Assembly (NCBI GenBank): GCA_965234725.1
Contig: CBDDUX010000026.1
Coordinates: 26,371-90,370 of the forward strand
Length of the DNA: 64,000 nucleotides
Source of the DNA: Thermoplasmatota archaeon
GTDB lineage: Archaea > Thermoplasmatota > Penumbrarchaeia > Penumbrarchaeales > Penumbrarchaeaceae
Direction: 5' to 3'
The translations under genes were made by a program, and so were the position numbers. Positions 21,357 to 29,105 of the stretch are shown piece after piece (the first letter of the stretch is position 1; every line of letters starts with the position of its first letter). Below the pieces are notes generated by a model that did not search any database, was not told the origin of the DNA, and worked only from the letters and a program-made list of their open reading frames with translations.

Positions 21357-23213
21357 ATGGTGGAAGCATTGGCCGTCAACGATGAAGGGGACCCAGTTTA
21401 TCAGGGAATGCATTCCGATATCATTCAGTCCATGGACAAGAAGATGGACATTCTAGCCCTCGTCCCCTCGGTCGGTTCCCTGGCCAGGAGCTTCATCGGA
21501 AAGACCTTTTTAGAGGCCAGAAGGAGGAGGAAGAAACCGATATTCCTGACCTCCTCCCATGATGCATCATGGATACATTCTGCTATTATGGAAGCAAGGG
21601 GTGTGGACCGCGGGAGGGAAGGCATCGTCTCCATAGGAAAGGATGTGATGTCCTGCATGGAATTCGATTCCAGGATAGATCCGGGCGACATGATCAACCA
21701 CTGCTTCAGGAAAGGGACGATCGAGACATGTCCGTTCCAGTCCGGTTTCGATCTCGATATCTACAGGGACCTCAAACGGAGCGGAGGCGCCCTTCTCCAT
21801 GACATGACAGAAGAGATGAGGCAGAATGGAATGTGTCCGGCCAGGACAGCACTGGATCTCGTTGTCGAAGCTGAGGCTGTTGTGGCCCACCCATCGTTCC
21901 TTTTCACTGAGGACTGGAAAGGTGTCATGGAACTTTTGGAAAGGGATGGAAGCGGTTGCATCCTTGTGATACATGACCCGGCCTATCTGGTAGAGTTCCT
22001 TGATAACAGGTTCTCCTACGAGTTCACATCTGATGACCTAACCAAAGATAAATGGACCATAGAAGGCCTGACCGTTGAGGAACAATCCGGTCTATATCTC
22101 CTGGTTGAGCTTCTATCGGAATTAGCTGCCAGGACAGATCCCATGAAGCAGATCGAGAGAAGCCTTCTCATACAGAATCACAGGGACAGGGCGCTGGTCA
22201 ATGGAAGTGCCGGACTAGTTGCTGTTATCTCTGCTTTGAAACGCGTCCTTGAGACCGGGATCCAGGGTAGTATCTCTCGAAGGAGGAGTATTAAGGACCT
22301 CTACATGTTCCTCAAACTTTGGATGGGCCAGTATACTGGAGTGTCAAGGGCCAGGAGGGAGTCTGAGGATGGTGACAGTGTCGAGGTCTCTCTGGTGGAT
22401 ATTTCGTTGATGACCCAGCCTATCCTCCAGACGTTCTCCACTGTAATACTGTTCGGAGATACGCTCTATCCCCATTCGATATACAGTTACACACTTGGTA
22501 TGAGGTCCGAGAGGATCATGAACAGAACATATATTGACAGATCGACAATGGATGGCACCCATGTCATTTCCATAGGGAATGTTGACATCTCCTATAAGCA
22601 CAGGTCAGAGGCCTCCTATGCAAGGGTGGTGGAGGGTCTCTCCAGAATATGTGAGACCACTCCGGGACTCAAGATCGCCGTCTTCCCCTCATATTACATC
22701 CTGGAGCAGGTAATGGGATCCATGGCTGAGAACGTCTTTGGCTACCCGGTGATAGATGAGACTAGGGGGATGTCAAAGGAAGCAAGGGGACATCTGCTTA
22801 CAGAGGTAAAGACCGGTGGGGACATACTTGCACTTACTGTTCAGGGAAGCTTCCTTGTGAGGTCCGTGGAGGATGGTTCCATCAGTCCTGATGCAGTGAT
22901 ATTGGTAGGGCTCCACATACCTCCTCCCGATGCTGGATCCACACAGAAGAAGGTTCACCTCCAGAAGAAGTACACACCCAATATCGGGCACATCATTACT
23001 GTCTTGATGCCTGCGATAACAAAGGTCTTGAGGATGGTCAATACCATGATGTCCTCGGACATGGACCGAAGGAACATGGTGATCCTGATGGACCGTAGAT
23101 ATCAGGACCGCAGGGTCCTTGAATGCCTTCCGAGGTTCTACGATATCAAGCTCCTTTCTTCTCCAGGAGAGTTCGACGGAAGCAGGATCCTTGAGGGAGG
23201 TGATGGTGGTTGA
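21357..23213 (+). CDS. XPD/Rad3-family (SF2, Fe-S) helicase paralog with degenerate catalytic motifs
   Basis: Walker A ARSFIGKT, 4-Cys Fe-S insertion, CPARTALDLVVEAEAVVAHPSFLF (matches XPD post-Fe-S block), motif II DEAH replaced by HDPAY, motif V/HD2 block ILALTVQGSFLVRSVEDG...VILVGLHIPPPD, motif VI arginines absent. Confidence 0.65.
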   Translation: MVEALAVNDEGDPVYQGMHSDIIQSMDKKMDILALVPSVGSLARSFIGKTFLEARRRRKKPIFLTSSHDASWIHSAIMEARGVDRGREGIVSIGKDVMSCMEFDSRIDPGDMINHCFRKGTIETCPFQSGFDLDIYRDLKRSGGALLHDMTEEMRQNGMCPARTALDLVVEAEAVVAHPSFLFTEDWKGVMELLERDGSGCILVIHDPAYLVEFLDNRFSYEFTSDDLTKDKWTIEGLTVEEQSGLYLLVELLSELAARTDPMKQIERSLLIQNHRDRALVNGSAGLVAVISALKRVLETGIQGSISRRRSIKDLYMFLKLWMGQYTGVSRARRESEDGDSVEVSLVDISLMTQPILQTFSTVILFGDTLYPHSIYSYTLGMRSERIMNRTYIDRSTMDGTHVISIGNVDISYKHRSEASYARVVEGLSRICETTPGLKIAVFPSYYILEQVMGSMAENVFGYPVIDETRGMSKEARGHLLTEVKTGGDILALTVQGSFLVRSVEDGSISPDAVILVGLHIPPPDAGSTQKKVHLQKKYTPNIGHIITVLMPAITKVLRMVNTMMSSDMDRRNMVILMDRRYQDRRVLECLPRFYDIKLLSSPGEFDGSRILEGGDGG

Positions 23214-23983
23214 GGTTCTGTGTGCTAGGTTCTTCTTCATCGGGAAACTCCACCCTTGTCACCCACAAGGACACGACCATTCTCATAGATGCTGGACTTC
23301 CTCTCCGCTATACCGTAGAAAATATAATATCCATCACAGGAAAGGATTCTCTGGATGGCATATTCATAAGCCACGAACACTCCGACCATACAAGGAGCCT
23401 TAAACCGCTTGCTCAGAGATACGGATGTCCTGTCTTCCTTTCCCCTCCGGTATCGTGGTATATCGGTCCCGGGGAGGGTATGGACATCAGGAAGGTCAGG
23501 GACGGATGGAAGGTGGGGGTCGGACCACTGATGATAACTCCTTTCATAGTATCCCATGATGCCATAGATCCGTACGGGTTCATCATTGAGGACGAATACG
23601 GTTCCATGGGTCTTGTAACAGACCTTGGATGCTATGACGATAACATTTGCGACAGATTGAGGAACAGGGATGCACTCGTTGTGGAATCGAATTATGATCT
23701 GGACATGCTCGTGAACGGAAGGTATCCCCATTACCTGAAGAAGCGGATCCAGGATGGCAAAGGCCATCTATCGAACCAACAGTGCAGGGACCTTCTCGAG
23801 AACATAGTAGGGCCGAGGACCCGTGATATTGTCCTTGCACACCTTTCCGAGGAGAACAACGATCCCCTCCTTGCAATGGAAACTTCTCTTGAGGTCCTTG
23901 AATGCATGGAGTCGCCACCTTCGCTCCATGTATCCTATCCAAAGCATCCCACATCTGTCCTCGATCTATCCCGGACACCCTGA
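23210..23983 (+). CDS. MBL-fold metallo-hydrolase (YycJ/PhnP-like)
   Basis: HEHSDH (HxHxDH), downstream SHD, D and H ligands; TTG start overlaps upstream stop (TTGA). Confidence 0.75.
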   Translation: MRFCVLGSSSSGNSTLVTHKDTTILIDAGLPLRYTVENIISITGKDSLDGIFISHEHSDHTRSLKPLAQRYGCPVFLSPPVSWYIGPGEGMDIRKVRDGWKVGVGPLMITPFIVSHDAIDPYGFIIEDEYGSMGLVTDLGCYDDNICDRLRNRDALVVESNYDLDMLVNGRYPHYLKKRIQDGKGHLSNQQCRDLLENIVGPRTRDIVLAHLSEENNDPLLAMETSLEVLECMESPPSLHVSYPKHPTSVLDLSRTP

Positions 23984-24111
23984 TATCCACCGTACGATTC
24001 GATTCTGTACTAATCAGTTTATATATTCTTATAAGAGTAAGTTATCCCATAGACAGAAGGCAGAAGCGGTATGATCAATGAAAAAATTTACAGATCACCG
24101 CATCTGGCAAT

Positions 24112-27009
24112 TTGGAGGCATATCATATGTACCCCTCAACGGCTCCTAGAAGGACCGGAAACATGGAACCGCCCGGAAGAAGATATCAACATAGCAGTAA
24201 CGGACCGCAGTATGCACGGACAGGTCCCGGACCAGAGCGATCAAGACCAGCCCATTCGGGATATGACACAAGAGGCCATCGAAGGTATAGGGCCGTTGAA
24301 GAGGCTGCTCCGGATGGGGAGATCTCAAGATGGGCAGGCGAGAACAGGGGTCTGCTGACGGCAGTTCTGGTGATCTCCATCTCATTCATCATGGTCCTGG
24401 CTGGTCTGATGGTATGGGCGAACAATGATGATAATGGTCCTTCAGGACCGACCTATTCGATAACCGAGTTCAGGGGCGGATCCTCCGAGGTCCTGGTAAA
24501 TGCGACCTTTCTGGGGAATGATGCCTTCATCACCGTACCCTGGAATGCTACTGTGACGGATGCTTCCCTTAGGATATCGGGTGCCCTTCCACCTGAGAGA
24601 AGAACATTTGAGGCCGGAAAGAACCCCATCGATCTGGATGTGGGTGATATCGATCTCGACCTAAGGGCAGATGCCGTTGTATTGAACTACGGGGATTCCA
24701 CACTTATGGTCATGCGCAACCTGGGAGATGGCAGATTCCAGAGAGGAAGGACGATCCAGGTAGGAAACGCTCCGATCAGGGTCGAGCTGACATATCTGAA
24801 CAATGATGCCTACCTGGATGCGGTGGTCCTTTCCGAGGATTCCCGGGATATGAGGGTCCTGATAAACGATCAGGTCGGAGGATTCATGAACAGGGGAGAC
24901 CCGTTCCTTCTTCCAACCCTTCCATCGGATATCGGTGTCATAGACCTTGAGGGAGACGGTGATAACGATATAATTGTGTCAACTGTGAAAGACAACAATG
25001 TGACAATGTACATTAATGATGGCAATGGCATTCTAACCCAGGGTTCCAAGCTCCTTACCGAAGGGAACCCAACTCGCCTGGGGATATCCGATATGGATGG
25101 GGACGGCCTTTCAGATATCGTCGTTTCAAACCGCAGGGACCTGGATGAGAATCTGACACCCAGGGACAAGGAAAAGAAACCTGTCAATTGGTTCAACTCC
25201 ATATCGGTCTTCAAGAACATGGGTGATCTCACTTTCACGAAGTTGGTTGATGATATAAGGTCTGAAAAAGGAGTAAGCTCAATTGCATTGGGGGATTTAA
25301 ACGGAGACGGGTCGGATGATATTGCGATGTCCAACCTGGGATATCATAATATTTCCTATGTTCTCAGCGATGGAAAGGGTGATTTCATCAGAGGTGACCC
25401 GTGGGAGCTTGACGTTGTCGAGCTCAGGTCCATGGACCCGATAGAGATGAAGCTTGAAGACCTGGATTCCGATGGTGATCTGGACCTTTGGGCACTTACC
25501 AAATCGGCTGATTCGGTCCTCTTCTATTGCAACATTGGGAATGGGGAGTTCCTTCCCTACTCCCAGATATTCGTTGGTGTTAACCCCACATCCTTCGAGA
25601 TGATAGACATGGATGCCGATGGGGACAAGGATATCATGACCTCGGACTGGAGAGGCTGGGATATGTTGTACAATGGCAATTCCACGATCTCTGTCATAGA
25701 GAACATGAGAGATGGGGTCTTCAAGACATACAGACAGTACACCACAGGTAACAGTCCCAGGGGCGTATTTGCCAGGGACATCGACATGGACGGTGATCCT
25801 GATATTGCATCTGCCAACTACTTCGGGTCCACCGTTTCGATCTTGGAGAACGATGGTCTTGGGAGATTTTCCGAGGACAGGGAATACCCCATAGGTTTGG
25901 AACCCTACGCGGTAGTGCTTGAAGATTTCGACGGTGACGGTCTGGTTGACGGGGCATCTGCTGATGAGGCAAATTTCAGGATAGTACTCCTTAAGTCCAA
26001 TGGTGATGGTGGTTTCACCACTGACAGGTACCTCTATGATATCGGAGCATACCCGTTTTCACTGAGGACAGGGGATATTGATGACGACGGGGATATGGAC
26101 CTCTTCACTTCCAACTATTTCCAGAATTCCACCACTCTCCTGTTCAATGATGGTTCCGGTGATTTCCAGACCATGTTCAAGAACACCAAGACCATATTCC
26201 TCGGGGACAAAATGCCCTATGATTCCATAATGGAGGACCTGGATGGTGACGGTCTCAAGGACCTGATAACTGTCAACAGAGGTGATTCCCTCGATCCAAC
26301 GGATACCATTAGCGTTATGCTGAACGATGGTTCATTCACCTTCGATGTGATGAACGAATACAAGGTGGGAAAGGAGCCCACCTCGGCTGTTGTGATGGAC
26401 CTTGACATGGACGGTGATCTGGACATAGGGACGGCTGATACAATGGGAGATAGTTTCACGGTCCTACGGAATAACGGGGATGGAGTTTTCGAAGCTTGGG
26501 AATCACACCCTGTTGCCGATAGGCCGCAGTACATCAATTCATTCGATTTCGATGGTGACGGTTGGCCAGACATCCTTGTCAGCTCATCGGATTCGAATTC
26601 TCTGTCCTTCTTCAGGAACGAGGAGGGTGCAGGTTTCACATGGTTCACCGATCAGAACATAGGGGCCTATCCTTATGCCATAGAGATGGCGGATTTCAAT
26701 TCTGATGGGAGAATGGATATGGTATTGACCTCCGTCAACACCAACTCGGTCATTGTTACCGGATGCTACTACTATCCACATGGTCTAATGATCAACATTG
26801 GAAAGGATTCCTCGATAGAGGTCCAACATGATGGAATGCTTTCGCCGGATGTTGTTCTTCAACTGGAAATGAAGAATGAGCTGAACAGATATATCAAGGC
26901 TAACAGGGTGGAGGGAGAGGACCTTAACATTCCTTTGAGCATAATATGCCAGCAGGAAGGTATTGTCAGGTTGTCAAACCTGCTCGTGGTCTACTCCCTT
27001 GATGGTTGA
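24112..27009 (+). CDS. FG-GAP/VCBS repeat (integrin-alpha-like beta-propeller) membrane protein
   Basis: Arg-rich N-terminal cytoplasmic segment, TM LLTAVLVISISFIMVLAGLMVW, then many DxDGDGxxD FG-GAP calcium-binding repeats. Confidence 0.7.
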   Translation: MEAYHMYPSTAPRRTGNMEPPGRRYQHSSNGPQYARTGPGPERSRPAHSGYDTRGHRRYRAVEEAAPDGEISRWAGENRGLLTAVLVISISFIMVLAGLMVWANNDDNGPSGPTYSITEFRGGSSEVLVNATFLGNDAFITVPWNATVTDASLRISGALPPERRTFEAGKNPIDLDVGDIDLDLRADAVVLNYGDSTLMVMRNLGDGRFQRGRTIQVGNAPIRVELTYLNNDAYLDAVVLSEDSRDMRVLINDQVGGFMNRGDPFLLPTLPSDIGVIDLEGDGDNDIIVSTVKDNNVTMYINDGNGILTQGSKLLTEGNPTRLGISDMDGDGLSDIVVSNRRDLDENLTPRDKEKKPVNWFNSISVFKNMGDLTFTKLVDDIRSEKGVSSIALGDLNGDGSDDIAMSNLGYHNISYVLSDGKGDFIRGDPWELDVVELRSMDPIEMKLEDLDSDGDLDLWALTKSADSVLFYCNIGNGEFLPYSQIFVGVNPTSFEMIDMDADGDKDIMTSDWRGWDMLYNGNSTISVIENMRDGVFKTYRQYTTGNSPRGVFARDIDMDGDPDIASANYFGSTVSILENDGLGRFSEDREYPIGLEPYAVVLEDFDGDGLVDGASADEANFRIVLLKSNGDGGFTTDRYLYDIGAYPFSLRTGDIDDDGDMDLFTSNYFQNSTTLLFNDGSGDFQTMFKNTKTIFLGDKMPYDSIMEDLDGDGLKDLITVNRGDSLDPTDTISVMLNDGSFTFDVMNEYKVGKEPTSAVVMDLDMDGDLDIGTADTMGDSFTVLRNNGDGVFEAWESHPVADRPQYINSFDFDGDGWPDILVSSSDSNSLSFFRNEEGAGFTWFTDQNIGAYPYAIEMADFNSDGRMDMVLTSVNTNSVIVTGCYYYPHGLMINIGKDSSIEVQHDGMLSPDVVLQLEMKNELNRYIKANRVEGEDLNIPLSIICQQEGIVRLSNLLVVYSLDG

Positions 27010-27024
27010 TCGGAACAGTTTATA

Positions 27025-29064
27025 TCATGCCAACCTGAAATGCTCTCCACAGAAGGGACATTCCCCCTTCTGTGCGACCTTTTCAGTAAGGTTCCTGTTG
27101 CATCCGGGACAGAGGTAGATGGTGACCTCTTTCTCCCCTGTGCTGAACATCTCTCCGCAGTGAGGACAGACGGACGATCCAAGTTCCTCTTCTGAGAGTA
27201 TCCCGCTGCAGTGCGGGCAGTGATATTCAACGGATCCTTCATCTTCCATTCTTGAGAGTCTTTTTTTCTCCTCTTCCAGTTCATCCTTCATCTTCTTGAG
27301 GTTCTCCTGGGCCTTCTTGATCGATGCAGACCTCTGATCCAGGTCCTTTCTCTCTGACCCAAGCCCATCCTTTGTGGAATCGAGTTCGTTCTTGTATACA
27401 TCGAGGTCTCTTCTATTTGCTTCAAGCTCTAGCCTGATGTTCGAGATCTCCTTCCTTTCATCCTCAAGCTTGGACCTATCGTCTTCCAGCTTCAACAATT
27501 CAGCGGAGGATTCCTCGATCTCCTTTCTGGCTGCAGCGATCTCCTCCTGTTCTACCGTGAGGTTCTGTTGGAACTGTTTCAGGGATTCACCGTACTGTTT
27601 CCACTTATCGGCATCCAGTTTCAACTGTTCTTCCCAGGTTTTTAACTCTACCTCTTTGCTTTCAAGTGACTTCTCCATGTCTGTCGGGTCCTTGGCTTGT
27701 TCGATGGTTCCAGGAGTAGCTTCCAGTTTCGCTTTAAGGCTCACGTTCTCCTCCTGAAGCTTGACGATCATGGCCTCAAGGTTCTCGGAATTGTGCCTTA
27801 CTTTGCGGAGCTCTTCTTCCAGGAGGCTTGATCTGACCAGCTCTTCCTGCTTATCGTCTTCATTTTCGGTCTTTGCGGAATTTTCCAGCTCCTTTTTAGC
27901 CGCTTCGAACTCCTGTTGGACCTTGTTGAACTCTTCTTGTTCCTTGGTCAGGTCCTGCTGGTACTGTTTGAGGGACTCTCCATACTGTCTCCATTTTTCT
28001 GCACTTTCCTCGATCTGGGCCTCCCTCTGGGTAAGTTCCATCTCACGCTCTTCAAGGGCGGCGGTGTCAACCTTTTCCTCCTCACCACCGGTTTCCTGGG
28101 CTTGTTTCAACTGTGAGTTCTGCTCCTGAAGTTTCATCACAGCCTCCTGGAGCTTCTCAAGGGTGGCATCCTTCTTGTTGATCTCCTCTCTGAGTGACTC
28201 GATCTCTATTGATGTGGATGATCCAGGTGGAACAGATGAGGATCCCTTTTCATCGAACTCACTTCTTTGTCTTTCGAATTCTTCTTTTACCCTGTTGAAC
28301 TCTTCTTGCTGTTGGGTGAGGTCCTGATGATAGTTTTTGAGGGTCTCACCGTATTCCTTCCATCTTGTGGCCTTTTCCTCAAGCTCGGCCTCTCTGGAAG
28401 CCAGGACGGATGCCATCTCTCTGAGTGATGCATCTTCTTCATTGCTTTCCTTGGGGTTTTCCTTTTCTTTCAACTCCCTGTTCAGTTCCTGGAGCTTTAC
28501 AACTGCTTCCTGGAGTTTGATGACTGTTGCCTTTGATCCCTCAAGCTCCTCCCTCAGAGCATCTATCTCTCCGCTATCCACAGAATTATCCTTCACACCT
28601 TCTGTCCCACTTTCTGGTCCCAGGGTCTTGGACCTTTCATATTCTTCTCTTTCCTTGTTGAACTCTTCCTGCTGTTGGGTGAGGTCCTGATGATAGTTCT
28701 TGAGGGTCTCACCGTATTCCTTCCATTTCTCAGCGTTTGTTTCGACCTCTCTCTCCTTTCCCAGAAGCTCCTCCTCTCTTGAGGCCAGCTCCTTGGAAGC
28801 GGTCTGATACTGGTCTCCTGTTTCCTTGAGTTTCAGATTGTATTCCTCAAGTTCCTTCCGATAGTTCTCGAGGTCGACCCTCGCCTTCTCGATCTCCTTT
28901 TCCCTCTCGGAAAGGGATGACTTCATCTCATTGATCTCCAGTAGTCTCTCCCGCAATTTCGCCTTCATCGGATCAATGTCCGCGGCTTTATCGGTCGTTT
29001 TCTCATCATTACTGCTGGCATTTGCCTCGGGCATATGATTCACTCCATTCCTTAAATTGACCAA
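27025..29064 (-). CDS. Long coiled-coil protein with C-terminal double zinc ribbon
   Basis: E/K/Q-rich heptad sequence with four internal about 100-aa repeats (KWKEYGETLKNYHQDLTQQQEEFN); C-terminus CPHC...CPHC...CPGC...CPFC. Confidence 0.6.
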   Translation of the reverse strand: MVNLRNGVNHMPEANASSNDEKTTDKAADIDPMKAKLRERLLEINEMKSSLSEREKEIEKARVDLENYRKELEEYNLKLKETGDQYQTASKELASREEELLGKEREVETNAEKWKEYGETLKNYHQDLTQQQEEFNKEREEYERSKTLGPESGTEGVKDNSVDSGEIDALREELEGSKATVIKLQEAVVKLQELNRELKEKENPKESNEEDASLREMASVLASREAELEEKATRWKEYGETLKNYHQDLTQQQEEFNRVKEEFERQRSEFDEKGSSSVPPGSSTSIEIESLREEINKKDATLEKLQEAVMKLQEQNSQLKQAQETGGEEEKVDTAALEEREMELTQREAQIEESAEKWRQYGESLKQYQQDLTKEQEEFNKVQQEFEAAKKELENSAKTENEDDKQEELVRSSLLEEELRKVRHNSENLEAMIVKLQEENVSLKAKLEATPGTIEQAKDPTDMEKSLESKEVELKTWEEQLKLDADKWKQYGESLKQFQQNLTVEQEEIAAARKEIEESSAELLKLEDDRSKLEDERKEISNIRLELEANRRDLDVYKNELDSTKDGLGSERKDLDQRSASIKKAQENLKKMKDELEEEKKRLSRMEDEGSVEYHCPHCSGILSEEELGSSVCPHCGEMFSTGEKEVTIYLCPGCNRNLTEKVAQKGECPFCGEHFRLA
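28293..28364. repeat. Intragenic 72-nt repeat copy 1 (coiled-coil module)
   Basis: 72 nt, 70/72 identical to 28656-28727; encodes the EYGETLKNYHQDLTQQQEEFN module on the minus strand. Confidence 0.8.
28656..28727. repeat. Intragenic 72-nt repeat copy 2 (coiled-coil module)
   Basis: Near-identical to 28293-28364; more diverged copies at approx 27921-27992 and 27570-27620. Confidence 0.8.
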
Positions 29065-29105
29065 GCCTCACTGTGCAAGGTCCTATATCTTTTTCACTTC
29101 ATTTT

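Noticed and set aside
24071-24358. 95-aa ORF overlapping the start of the FG-GAP gene in another frame
   Set aside because: It has no domain signal and is completely overlapped by a long ORF with a clear TM plus FG-GAP architecture.
27374-28690. Ser/Phe/Leu-rich plus-strand ORFs (e.g. 27374-27757, 27761-28129, 28337-28690)
   Set aside because: They are antisense to the E/K-rich coiled-coil gene. The low-complexity composition is a mirror artefact of the GAG/GAA/AAG-rich coding strand.
28293-28727. Near-identical 72-nt repeats, considered as a possible CRISPR-like array
   Set aside because: There are only two high-identity copies, spaced about 360 nt apart inside a coding region. They encode repeated protein modules, and no cas genes are present.
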